A stretch of 64,000 bases of DNA, taken from assembly GCA_034521815.1 (NCBI GenBank), contig JAXHLW010000012.1, forward strand, positions 32,001 through 96,000. Direction: 5' to 3'. Position 1 is the stretch's first letter. Each line of letters opens with the position of its first letter. The notes below the pieces were generated by a model. That model did not search any database, was not told where the DNA came from, and saw only the letters and a list, made by a program, of their open reading frames with translations. Position numbers and translations under genes: made by a program. This stretch comes from Trueperaceae bacterium (GTDB taxonomy: Bacteria; Deinococcota; Deinococci; Deinococcales; Trueperaceae). Positions 43,292 through 54,494 of the stretch are shown here, one piece after another.

Positions 43292-44817
43292 ATGGACGAA
43301 TACAACGGCGCCATGCTTCAGGACTTCCATTGGTACACGGAGGCGGACGGATCGCTCTGGGCGCGGCTGGCGGCCGACGCGCCGGCGCTGGCCGAGGCGG
43401 GGTTCACCTCGGTGTGGCTCCCGCCGGCGTACAAGGGCGCCGCCGGCGGCCTGGACACCGGCTACGGCGTGTACGACCTGTTCGACCTCGGCGAATTCGA
43501 TCAGAAAGGCTCGACCCGCACCAAGTACGGCACCCGCGAGGAGTATCTCGCGGCGATCCGCGCCGCGCAGGACGCCGGGATCCGGGTGTACGCCGACATC
43601 GTGTTCAACCACCGGATGGGCGGCGATCACCGCGAGCGGGTCACCGCCACCCCGTTCCACCCCGAGAACCGCCGCGAGGCGATCGGCGAGCCCCGTGATA
43701 TCGAGGCGTGGACTCACTTCGACTTTCCGGGGCGCGGGGGGCGCTACTCGACGCTCCAGTGGCACTGGTGGCACTTCAACGCCGTCGACGCCAGCACCAC
43801 CGACGCCCACGAGGACGTCGAAGGTGACGCCGTGTACCTGTTCGAGGGCAAGTCGTTCGCCGACGACGTCGACCTCGAGAAGGGCAACTACGACTACCTG
43901 ATGGGCTGCAACCTGGACGTCGCGAACCCCGACGTCCACACCGAGCTGGTCCATTGGGGCGAGTGGTACCTGGACACGACGGGTGTCGACGGCCTCCGGT
44001 TCGACGCGGTCAAGCACGTCCCGGCCGAGTTCTTCCTGGCCTGGCTGGATCACGTCCGGCGGCACGCCGGCCGCGACCTGTTCGCGGTCGGCGAGTACTG
44101 GTCGGGCCAGGGCGCAGCCCTCGATCACTTCATCGAGCGGACCGGCCGCCAGGTCCTGCTGTTCGACACCGGGCTGCAGCACGCGTTCGCCCAGGCGTCG
44201 CAGGCGGGCGGTGCGTACGACCTGCGACGGATCTTCGACGCAAGCCTCGTCGCGCGCGACCCCGCCATGGCGGTGACCCTCGTCGCCAACCACGACACGC
44301 AGCCGCTGCAGGCTCTCGAGTCGGTGGTCGAGCCGTGGTTCAAGCCTCTGGCCTACGCGGCGATCCTGCTCCGGCGGGGCGGGTACCCGTGCGTCTTCGC
44401 GGCGGACTACTTCGGCGCCTCCTACCGCGACGTGGGCCGCGACGGCCAGGAGTACGACGTGCACATGGCCAGCCACCGCTGGATGATCGACCGTTTCCTG
44501 GACGTTCGGCGCCGCAACGCCTACGGCGAGCAGTACGACTACTTCAATGAACCGAACCTGGTCGGCTGGACACGTCTGGGCGACGAGGACCATCCCGGCG
44601 GCCTGGCCGTGGTGCTCAGCAACGCTGGCGGCGGGAGCAAGTGGATGGAGACCGGCGCGCCGAACACCACCTACCACGACCACACCGACCACGTGCAGAC
44701 GCCGGTCGTCACCGACGAGCACGGCTGGGGCATGTTCTCTGCGAGCCGGGGTCGGTGTCGTTGTGGGCGCCCGAGGGTGGCGACCGGGGCGGGCACATCC
44801 GGAACGGGACCTCGTAA
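43292..44817 (+). CDS. GH13 (subfamily 5-like) cytoplasmic alpha-amylase (1-nt deletion near 44738)
   Basis: WLPPAYK, GYGVYDLFDLGEFDQKG, DIVFNH, GLRFDAVKH, VGEYW, VANHDTQP; RBS GAGGAGG; corrected stop TAA 44817. Confidence 0.93.
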
Positions 44818-44848
44818 GCGTCGCCTTTCGTGTCGACCACCGTGGCCC

Positions 44849-45550
44849 TCACGCGCCGCTCGCTCGAGCCTCGAGCCCGGCGCGGTCGAGGATGGTGATG
44901 CGGTGGCGCTCGACGGCGATCAGCCCCTCGGCGGTCAGCGTGCGGAGCGTGCGCTGCAGCACGTCCTCGACCGTGCCCAGGCGCGCCGCGAGTTCGGCCT
45001 GCGTTTCCCACGTGCGCCGCGTCAGCACGGCGCCCTCAGCGTGGTGCAGCAGGTACTTGGCGGTGCGGGCCTCGAGCGGCAGGAGGGAAAGGTCCTCGAC
45101 GATCTGAACGACCTCGATCAGCCGTCGAGCGAGGTGTCGTGTGATCGGCCACAGCAAGTGGGGACGCTCGTCGACCAGCGCCTGCAGCGCGCGCAACGGG
45201 ACGCGCCAGAGGTGGGACGGTTCGAGCGCGACGAGGGTCGCGGAGTTGGGGACGTTCAGCAGCCAACCGACCTGGTTCACCACGTCGCCCGCCCCGAAGT
45301 AGTGGAGGACCTGCTCGCGTCCGGTCGGGGCCAGCTTGCTGCCCTTCAGCCAGCCGTGGTCGACGACGAAAAGGCCGTCCGGTGGGTCGCCTTCGAGAAA
45401 CACGGTGACGCCGGGTCCGACCGCGATCGCGGTCGCCTCGCGCGCTAGACGTTCCACCGCCTCGGGATCCAAGCTGGCGAGGAACGGAACGGCAGCGAGC
45501 ACTACGTGGGCGGATCGGGGTCGATGGTCATCACCGTTGGTGCCGCTCAC
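44849..45550 (-). CDS. Crp/Fnr-family transcriptional regulator
   Basis: VFLEGD..LFVV..G, GREQVL, LEARTAKYLL, TQAELAARLGTV HTH; TATACT-N6-GTG. Confidence 0.9.
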   Translation of the reverse strand: MSGTNGDDHRPRSAHVVLAAVPFLASLDPEAVERLAREATAIAVGPGVTVFLEGDPPDGLFVVDHGWLKGSKLAPTGREQVLHYFGAGDVVNQVGWLLNVPNSATLVALEPSHLWRVPLRALQALVDERPHLLWPITRHLARRLIEVVQIVEDLSLLPLEARTAKYLLHHAEGAVLTRRTWETQAELAARLGTVEDVLQRTLRTLTAEGLIAVERHRITILDRAGLEARASGA

Positions 45551-45678
45551 GCCCGCAGTATAGGAACTCGGCCCGCGCGCCGCCAACGCCATGGCGCGCG
45601 GGCCGAGTTCGCCCCATTATGTCGGGGAACTGGGCCGGTCCGCACTCGCGCGGGCGCTGGCGGGCGTCGTGATCAGGC

Positions 45679-45716
45679 GGGACGCGACGCTGGTCGACGG
45701 ACCGGCGTCGCGTCCC
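45679..45716. terminator. 17-bp stem hairpin downstream of the 45729-46136 gene
   Basis: gggacgcgacgctggtc-gacg-gaccggcgtcgcgtccc. Confidence 0.6.
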
Positions 45717-45728
45717 TCACGCCGGTCG

Positions 45729-46136
45729 TCACGGTGCCGGCAGCACCTCCGCAAGGGCGGCGAGGTGGATTTCGACCAGCCACACGGCGACGCGGTTCCC
45801 GGCTCGCAGCTCGGGCAGGGTCGCGTCGCCGTACTCGCCGGTGCAGGTCTCTCGCTCCAGCCCTTCGATCTCCGCAGGCTGCATACCGGTGGACTCCATC
45901 ACGATCGGGATCGCGGTGGCGAGGGTACCGGTGTCGGTGAGGATTTCCGCCGCGAAGCCGACGTCACGGCAGAGGCTCTCGCGCACCTCGATGATCGTCG
46001 CCCGGAGCACCTCGGGCGTGGGGTCGGCGGGCATGGGGTCGGGGAGTGGGAGGGTTTGCGCTTGCGCCGAAGCCAAGGCGAGCAGCAGGCTGGCGGTGGC
46101 CATCCAACGGAGGTGGGAGGTCAGGATTCTTCGCAT
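45729..46136 (-). CDS. Hypothetical secreted protein
   Basis: Signal peptide ending ASAQA; two Cys; RBS GAGGAG. Confidence 0.6.
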   Translation of the reverse strand: MRRILTSHLRWMATASLLLALASAQAQTLPLPDPMPADPTPEVLRATIIEVRESLCRDVGFAAEILTDTGTLATAIPIVMESTGMQPAEIEGLERETCTGEYGDATLPELRAGNRVAVWLVEIHLAALAEVLPAP

Positions 46137-46354
46137 CGTGGGGTCTCCTCGTGGTTCTCGTGGTTCGCGGACGGGAGCGAGCGCCGGCGCCGCGCGCGGC
46201 GCGCCTCATGACCGCGGCGGGGCGAACCGAGCTTCCGACCGGCGGCGTGTTTCGAGGGTAGGCGTCGAGGGCGGCGCGCGTCTCCGACATAGGTCGGGTC
46301 GGTCCGGCCATCGCGCGCCTCGACCTCGCACGCTCAGAAGTCCATGCGCAGCGA

Positions 46355-46556
46355 CAACCACAGGATGGGCGGCGATCACTGCGAGCGCGTCACCGCGACC
46401 CCGTTCCACCCCGAGAACCGCCGCGACGCGATCGGCGAGCCGCGCGAAATCGAGGCGCCCGTCGTCACCGATGAGCACCGCTGGGGCACGTTTTCCTGCG
46501 AACCGGGGTCGGTCTCGCTGTGGGTGCCCGAGGGCGGCGACCAGGGCGGGCGCTGA
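46355..46556 (+). pseudogene. Internally deleted paralog of the alpha-amylase
   Basis: 46355-46457 matches 43606-43708 and 46458-46551 matches about 44702-44795. Confidence 0.88.
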
Positions 46557-46560
46557 GACG

Positions 46561-48782
46561 CTACGCCTCGGCGACCGCGATTCCCTGGCGCTTCGCCTCG
46601 TACATGGCCTGGTCGGCCTGGCTCAGCAGCGCGTCGGCGCTCATGTCCCCGCCGGAACGGCGCACCGCCATGCCGATCGAGGCGCCGATGCGCACGCCCT
46701 GGATCTCGACCTCCTGCACGGCGCGGCTGAAGCGTCGCGCCGCTGCCAGGGCTCCGGGCGCGTCGGTGTCGGGAAGGATCATGGCGAACTCGTCCCCGCC
46801 CCAGCGGTACAGCCGGTCGCTGTCGCGCGCCACCGAGCGCAGCGCGTCCGCGACGCAGACGAGCGCTTCGTCGCCGGTAGCGTGGCCGAGGCGGTCGTTC
46901 ACCGCTTTGAAGCCGGTCAGGTCGGCGATCAACAAGGCGGTCGGCGTTTCGCTCCGATCCGCCCGTGCCAGCTCCTTCGCGAGCCCTTCGTCGAAGGCGC
47001 GGCGGTTCTCCAGCCCGGTCAGGGCGTCTCAGGGTCGAGGCGAGGTGCAGGTCGCGGCGGTGCCGCGCCTCCCTCAGCACGAAGGCGATGGCGGGCGCGA
47101 ACGCTTTGGCGACCTTGGTGTCCTCGTCCTGGAAAGCGTTCGCGTCGCTGAACGCGTCGAGGTTGACGACCGCGATCACGTCGCCGCGGTGCACGATCGG
47201 CATGCACAGATTGGCGACGATGTCGCGCAGGCTCGGCTGACCCTCGGTGCGGCCGTCGCTCGCCACGACGGAGGCGCGCTCCATCCCTTCCGGATCCCGA
47301 GCGATGCGGGCCGCGCCGACGATCCAGGCGTCGGGATCGCCGTGCCAGGCTCGCAGGTGCTCCTTGCCGAGGGTCACGTCCGCCAGGGAGACTGGGTCGA
47401 ACCCGACCACGCCGGCGTAGTGGAACCGATCGTCCTGTCCAACCAACAGGCTGCCGGCCTCGGCCCCGGGTACCAGATCGACCAGCTCGGCCAAGAGGTC
47501 CTGCGTGGCTTCGTCGAAGCCGAGCTCCAGCAGGCGGTGCTCCACCGCGAGCATGCGCTCCATCACGCGCGCCTCGCGGTCACGTTTTAGCCACAGCCGC
47601 AACGCTCGGGCGAAGTCCGCGACGAGGGCCCGGTCGTCAGCGGTCCATTGCCGGGGGGCGTCGTGGAAGAGGAGCAGATGCGTTTCGCGTAGCTCCGCAG
47701 CGGCATCGGACGGACCGCGGCCGCACGGACCCCGGCGTCGACGAAGGGCGGTGCGGCGAGGGGATCCTCGGCGTAGGCGGCGACGAAGCGTGCCACGCCC
47801 GCCCGGTAGGCCTCGTGGATCAGGCCGGTGCCCAGCGGCCACGTGCGGTGCAACAGGTCGTCGAGCTCCGGCCAGTCGTCCGTAACGACGGTTCTGGCTC
47901 TGAACACGCCACCTCCGTAGTGGACCACGGCGACGGCCCGGATGCCCAGCTCCTCGCGCAGTGTCGCCAGCGCGGCCTCGAGCGCCGCTTCCTGCGGCAG
48001 GTCGGCCACCAGGATCTCTCCGAGGCGGGAGCGCGCCAGCGCACGCCGACGGACGCGCAGGATCGCCTCGGCCCGCCCCGCCGCAGCGACGACGCCGACG
48101 ATCGCTTCGCGTTCGGCGGGCAGGAACGGGCGGGAACGGCGCACCTCGACGACGGCGGTGAGCGTGTCCTCGGAATGGATCGGCACCGCCATCGCTCGCT
48201 CGGAGGGCGCATGGGTCGCCATGCCGTGCGTCTGCGCTCGCAGCACGAACGCCTCCGGCGCGTCGCCCTCCGGCGCGTCGCCCTTCGGCGCGTCGCTTCC
48301 CGGCGCGTCCACGACGAGTCCGTCGCCGGGCACGATGCGCCACGTCGTCACGCGGTCCGGATCGAACCTTCCCAGAAGACGCGGCAGCTCGTGCAAGACG
48401 TCGAACGTGGCGCCGCTGCCCTCGACCTCTTCGAGATGGTCCAGCACCGTTTCTAGATGCGCGCTCGGCGTGGGAGGCGCGCCGAAGAACCGTCGGCGCA
48501 CACCTTTCGGCAGCGCTTGGGGAGGAACACCGCGGCGGCAGCCAGGGCCATGCCTGCGGCCCCGGCCAGAGAGACGATCGTCGCTTCGGCCACGACCGCG
48601 GCCGCCACCAGGACCAAGGAGGCGATGCGCGGCCTAGGTCCCGCGCTGCGCGCGGCGGTCCATGCGATCAGGGCGACCGCTGCTCCACGTGGCGCGGCGC
48701 CCAGCGGTGCTACCAGGGACGTGGCGTACACGAACGCGCCGAGAAGAATCGGACCGAGCGGATGCGTGCGAAGCTCAGGCAC
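46561..48782 (-). CDS. TM plus multi-GAF plus GGDEF diguanylate cyclase (several frameshifts; start uncertain)
   Basis: N-terminal TMs, GAF-like segments (PLGTGLI, CMPIVHRGDVIAVVNLD), DL.GFKAVND.LGH..GD, RWGGDEF, ADQAMYEAK. Confidence 0.8.
48256..48309. repeat. 15-bp tandem repeat x3.6 (xxDAP units)
   Basis: cggcgcgtcgccctc/cggcgcgtcgccctt/cggcgcgtcgcttcc/cggcgcgtc. Confidence 0.85.
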
Positions 48783-49045
48783 GGGTACGCGCCCATCCTC
48801 TCGCCGGCTCGGGCCACACGTGAACGGCTCGCGGCGCGTTCGCGCCGCCACGGCGTGTCGGCCGGTCGCTCGTCGTTCGCCCCCGCATCGTACGGTCGCC
48901 CTTTCCCGCCGCGTCGCACCGTTCCGTTGGACGGTCGCGTGTCGTCGACGATTCGCGCAAAGGCTACCACCCGCCCAGCGTCGATTCGTGGGCCCACCGC
49001 GCGCCAGCGGCCGTCGCGACAGGGCGGGATCGCTCAGAACGGCGA

Positions 49046-49065
49046 GCCATGACCCGGGTCATGGC
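49046..49065. promoter_or_regulatory. CRP/FNR-like palindromic box, copy 3 (perfect palindrome)
   Basis: gccatgacccgggtcatggc; centre -42.5 to ATG 49098. Confidence 0.75.
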
Positions 49066-49097
49066 GGGCGGAGGCGAGAACCGCCATGCTCGGCGTC

Positions 49098-49718
49098 ATG
49101 ACGGTCGATGCAGATCCCCTCGCGCAGAGTGTCGTCGTCGCCTACGGAAGCACCTTCGGCACGACGGAGGAGACCGCCCGGCAGATCGCCGAAGCCCTCG
49201 CGGCGCGCACCGGCCGGCGGCCGACGCTGGCCGACGTGGCCTGGACCGGCATGGCGGAGATCGTCCGGCACGACGTCCTGATCCTGGGCTCCTCCACCTG
49301 GGACGAGGGGGAGCTGCAGCCCGCCTGGAACGTCGCACTGAGCGCATTGTCCGCCAGCGACTTGCGGGGCCGCCGCGTCGCGGTGTTCGGTTGCGGCGAC
49401 CGCGCCGGCTATCCGGATACGTTCGGAGACGCGCTCGGCATCCTCCTGAGGCACGCTCGCGGCGCCGGCGCCGAGTCGATCGGCGCGTTCCCCATGGAGC
49501 GGCTCGGGTATGACCCGGGTACGTTCGAAGCGGAAGAGGTCCGCGACGGCGACGACCTCGTCGGCTTGATCCTGGACGACGAGGAGGACGACGAGGCCCG
49601 GGTCGCGCAGGTCGCGTGGTGGTGCGATCAGCTGGCGAGCGAACTGGGCCAAGGGCTCGGCGACGCCACCCAGCGGTCGGTCGTAGCGCTGCATCGCGGC
49701 GAGATCCCGGCGCGATAG
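49098..49718 (+). CDS. Long-chain flavodoxin
   Basis: YGSTFGTTE, LGSSTWDEGELQ, VAVFGCGD..YPDTF, VGLILD; alternative ATG 49086. Confidence 0.9.
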   Translation: MTVDADPLAQSVVVAYGSTFGTTEETARQIAEALAARTGRRPTLADVAWTGMAEIVRHDVLILGSSTWDEGELQPAWNVALSALSASDLRGRRVAVFGCGDRAGYPDTFGDALGILLRHARGAGAESIGAFPMERLGYDPGTFEAEEVRDGDDLVGLILDDEEDDEARVAQVAWWCDQLASELGQGLGDATQRSVVALHRGEIPAR

Positions 49719-50231
49719 CCGGCCGACGAGCTTATCCATCATCTCGACCGAGGCGTGCGCCTCGGGAATGAACAGCCCCCGAGCCGCATCATCACCGTGT
49801 AGACGTCAGCGCACCCTCCAAGAATCCACGTGCCCCGGCAGGAGCAGCGCCACCAGCGGCACCAGCCGGTTGCCGACCGGCGTCAGGACCAGCACCGAAC
49901 TCACCAGCGCGAAGGTGTACGCGATCGCGATCGCGATCGTGGTCGGCCTGGTCGCCGATCCCTGGCCTTGCCATGTCGAGGGTGGTCGAGCCGATCGGCC
50001 GTTTTTGCAGGCCGACCATCGGTATGGCGCAACGGCCGAGAAGTCCGCCGCGACCGTGTCGAACGCTCCGATGGTACGGCGTTGACGACCCCTGCCCCAT
50101 CATCCGGAGCAAGGCGCTCAGGCGCGGAAAGGGGGGCGGAGCCAGCAGACGCTAGCCGGTGCACGTCGCGCATTGCTGCCGCGAACCGAACGCCATCGAT
50201 CAGCCACGCAGAAGCACCAAGGAGGAGCCAC

Positions 50232-50888
50232 ATGAACCGCGTTACGACACGAATCGCCACCGCCGTGGTGACCCTGACTCTGGGAGCCCTCGCCTTCAGC
50301 CATAGCCACGGCGACGTCCGGCGCATTGCCGTGCCATTCGACCGGGTCTCGATGGACGTACCGTCGTCCGCCGGGCAGAGCGCGGCCGACGCCTGCTCGA
50401 AGGCGATCGCCATGGATCCGTACGCTCAGCCGTTCGACTGGCCCAGGCCCGGGCCACGTTGAGGCTGGACCGAAGATACGAGCTCGACCGAGGTCACGGT
50501 CCACCTCGCGTGTCCGGCCTCATACGTTTTTCGGCGTGGCTGCACCATCAAGGTGCGGCGGCCAGCGGTGGCGTTCCGCTCGCGCCGACGAGCGGCGTGG
50601 CAGCCCTGCTCGGACGTGAGCTCCGTGCCGGGAGCCCTAGCGGCGCGAGCCGGCGACGGCAACCCCGAACTCGGCAACCCCGAACTCGGCAACGACTTCT
50701 GGTCCGACGCGAACGGCGACGCGACACTCCGGACGCGCCTGGCGTTCCCCCGCGTCGACGGGATCGGCGGCGCCGACGAAGCCACACGCTTCACGGTACG
50801 GATCGCGTCCCATTGCGCGGACCTTCCTGGACGCGCGGCCGCATCCGGTTCGGAGCAACCTTCGTTCGAATGGCACTTCGCGCCATGA
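50232..50888 (+). pseudogene. Fragmented secreted-protein gene
   Basis: RBS AAGGAGG and signal peptide MNRVTTRIATAVVTLTLGALAFS; first frame stops at 50462; protein-like pieces continue in other frames (FSAWL..VPLAPTS; NDFWSDANGDA..FTVRIASHC) to TGA 50888. Confidence 0.45.
50657..50693. repeat. Perfect 15-bp tandem repeat x2.5
   Basis: cggcaaccccgaact x2 plus cggcaac. Confidence 0.9.
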
Positions 50889-51099
50889 CGGTCCAGGTCG
50901 TCGAACGAACGACCTCCGGCTCCGACCGAGTGCCGTCCTCACCCACCGACACTGACGCTCTGATGGCCGCGCCGAGGGCCCGCCAGTCCGGGCCCTCGGC
51001 GCAGCCAGTCCTAGGCGTCGAACGTACAGCGAAGCCGGGCTGCCGCCGGAACCTGTGGTCTCTACCGACCCTGCTTGCCGTCCAATGCGAACGAGAGCG

Positions 51100-54000
51100 C
51101 ATCCGCAAGCGAGCCCCTTCGCGCCCTGAACGCTCGCCAGGGCCAGCCAGCACGTCCAAGACGCGCTTCGCGTGCCTACCGAGCCACGAGGGGCTAGCCG
51201 CGTGTGCGGCCACGACGGTGAAGAGCTCGGCCGCTTCGCCCTGGTTCCTCTGACGCTTCCGCAGCTCGGCGAGCGCCGCCAGCGCCTCGAGGGCGGCAGG
51301 GATCCGCTTCCGCGCGCGGGCGCGCGACAGCGCGTCCAGCAGGTGCGTCTCGGCCCGGTCGAGCTCGCCCTCGAGCGTACGCGCCTCGCCCAAGCGAACG
51401 AGACACGCCAGGTCGATCGCGGCCGGTCGGAAGAGCATGCCGTGCACGGCGTGCCGGCGCAGCAGCGTCAGCGCTTCCTCGGCGTGTGCTCGCGCCTGTT
51501 CGGTGCGCCCCTCGGCCGAGCGCGATCCGTGCGAGCCCGTCCAAGCTCATGCCCGCCGCCCACACGGTCGTCTCGTTGCGACCTTCCTGCCGCAACAGAG
51601 CGAGGGCTTGGCGGTAGCGGGCGGTGGCACGGTCGGACGCGCCCTGCAGCCGGCCTACGTGCCGAGCAAGGTATACGCTCCGCCCCGAACCATGACCTCC
51701 GCATCGCCCTGAAACGCCGTGCACATCGCCAGCGCGCGGTCGCCCGCCCCTCGGCGGCGGCCACGTCGCCCCGTGCGAGGTGGATGTCGCCGAGCGTGAG
51801 CAGCGTGTGGGCCAAGTGGAAATCGAAGCCCGCCACCTCGTGGCAGGCGACGCCCTCCTCGGCGGCGGCGCGTGCGGCGTCGTACTCGCCCGGCAATACG
51901 CGAGGAGCTTCGGCGAGGATCGCCGAGGTTCATGGCGATGGCGATCGTCTCGCCGCTGGCGCGCGCGACTCGAGCCCCTTGCGGACCATCGAGAGCGTGA
52001 CTTCCAGATCGTCCAGCTCGTAGGCGAGATTGGCGAGCATCAACGCCTCTCCCCGGCGTCGCCCAGCTCGCGGTAGAGCGCGAGCGAACGGCGGTACGCG
52101 TCCACGACGCCCGCCTTGTCCGGCGGATCGAAGCGGAGCTGCGCATGAACCCCGCGAGCCTGAGCGCGTGGGCCAGCTCTGGCCGGGCGTCCCTCCGCTC
52201 GCCGAGGCGTATCGCCCGCTGAATGCAGTCCATCGCCTCGGGCAGGCGGCCCAGCTCCTTGAGGGACTCGCCGCGCCAGAGGAGCTGCCGGAGGGCGAGC
52301 AGCGATTTCGCATCCGCGCTCGGGGTGGCGTCGTTCCAGGCGAGCCCCTGCTGGGCCGCTCCCGCAGCAGGAAGTACCAGCCCAGCGGCTCCACGGAGTT
52401 CTCGAGCCATTCGCGTCGTCCCTGCCGGGCCGCCCACCTCCACGCGGCGAGGATGTTGGCGAGGTCCGCCTCGATCACCGCCGTCATCCGACCCCGCGTC
52501 CCGGTAGCCGGTCGCGTCCCGCCCCTGGCCGAGCGCGAGGATCGTGCCGTCGCAGCGTCTCCGGCAGTTCCAGGTAGCCCGTCCGCTCGAGCACGTCTGC
52601 CGCCCGTGCCGGATCGAGCTGCGCCTTCTCCTCCAGAAAGCGCTGCAGCAGCGGATGCAGGTGGTAACGGCCCGCACCGTCCCAGGACAGAAGCGAGCGA
52701 TCGACCAACGAGGCCAGCTGCGCCAGCGACGCGCCCGCCAGGCTCGATGCGGCCGCCCTCCCGAACCCGCCGCGAAACGCGCTCATGGCCGTCGCCACTT
52801 GTTGGTCATCCCGTGAAAGCAGCCGCCAGGACTGCTCGAACGCGCCGCGCATGCTCCTGCTGCCGCTCCGGGCGGTCGCGGTTCTGGCTCTCGAGCAGGT
52901 CGGAGCCCTGCTCCAGCTCGTCGGCGATGTCGGCGCAGCTCATCACGCGTAGCCAGGCCGACGCCATCTCCAAGGCCAACGGCACGCCGCCCACCGCCGC
53001 GCAGATTCGCACCACGGCGTCGAGGTCGTGTTCGTCGGGCGCGAAGTCCGCACGGGCCCGGCGGGCGCGTTGCACGAACAGCCGAACCGCGTCGTACGCC
53101 AGCGCCGCCTGGATCCGTTCGTCCGCCGGCTCGCTCGCGCCGGAGCCCGGAAACGGCAGGCCCTCGAGCACGACCGCGCGCTCCTCGGCGAGATTCAAGC
53201 GCGCCCTCGAGGTGACCACGAGGTGCAATCGCGGGCAGGCCCGGACAAGCTCCGAGAGGAGGGGGCCGGCAGGAAGGAGGTGCTCGAAGTTGTCGAGCAC
53301 GATGAGGCGCGGCCGATCTCCGATCGCTGTCCGAAGCTGGTGGAGCGTGGCCTCGGGGTCGCCCCCTTCGGGCAGGTCGAGCCCCAGGACGCTGCCGATG
53401 GCCGCGGCGACCTGATCCGCGTCCCGCAGCGTCTCGAGAGGGACGAAGTGCACGCCACTCCAGCCTCCCGCCCGGGCCTGCTCCGTCGCGAGATGAAGAG
53501 CGAGTCGCGTCTTCCCGGTGCCGGCGGCACCCACGATCGAGAGCAGCCGCGTGTGGCGGTGCTCACCAGACCCGCGAGTCGGACGAGCTCCTCTCGGCGG
53601 CCCACGAACGAGGTGGTACGTGACGGCAGAGCCGAGTGCGAGACCACTCCGGTGGACGCGTGCGGCGGCGCCACGAGCGAGCGACGCGCGGCGTCCCTCG
53701 ACGGCGCCAGCGTCAGGCCCAGCGCCTCTCCCTCCTCACGCATGGCACGGGACCGGTCGTTCCGCTGGCCAGGAGCAACCCGTAGGTGCGCGCGAGGTCG
53801 TCGGGGTCGGGAGACGCCGTGGCGTCGAGCGCTCTCGCACGCTCGGCCCATCTGCCGGCACGGTCGAAGTTCGCCTCTTTGGCTGCCGCCTCCGCCAGCG
53901 CCAGAAACGCCCGGCGGACGCTGTGCGCCAGCACCTACGCGTGCCGTAGATCCACTCCTCGAGCTCGATCCCCTGTCCAACGCCTTCGAACCCTTGCAGG

Positions 54001-54320
54001 AAGGGACCGCGGTAGAGCTCGATCGCTGCGAGCCAATCTCCGTTCCTCGATCGCACGCAGCAGGAGCGCGGCGTCCGACGTCACTTCGCTCCATACCCGC
54101 ACGTCGTCCGAATCGATGGCGCCCGGCACGCCCTTGCGTAGCTGCGACAGGGCCATGCTCGAGGCTGCGTAGCGCGTCGCGGCCTCCATCCAGAACAGCT
54201 CGGCTAGGTGGCGGCGTTCGGCGTGGCCTTCCAGGGCGAGGTACGCCAGCAGGAGAAGGGGCTTCGGACGACGGAAGCCGGCTCCCTGAGCGACAAGCCG
54301 CCCAGGGTGCGCAGGATCAT
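51100..54320 (-). pseudogene. Heavily frameshifted SARP/BTAD-STAND NTPase-TPR regulator (3' end approximate)
   Basis: MILRTLG, RPKPLLLLAYLALEG, LYRGPFL, SFVGR, GAAGTGKTRLA, VLDNFEHL, VTSR, PLALEMA, FRGGF, TPR pieces across many frames. Confidence 0.75.
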
Positions 54321-54494
54321 GCACCGGTATAAGGACGCCCGGCGCCGCAACTGTCGCGTTCGCTTGGCCCGCGTCGTCGTGCCCGGTCCAAACCGGCACC
54401 GGGCCCCTCGTCGCCCGGTGGGAGCGCAGCGTCGCGTACGACACCAGGCGGAAGCGGCGGAAGCAGCGGAAAAGGCGGTCAGGCGGTCGAGCGG

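Noticed and set aside
43232-45448. 738-aa amylase with a long C-terminal extension
   Set aside because: The extension is read-through after a 1-nt deletion and is the antisense of the Crp gene
49768-50112. Small ORFs downstream of the flavodoxin
   Set aside because: Only a short hydrophobic stretch and a 6-bp microsatellite; no supportable gene
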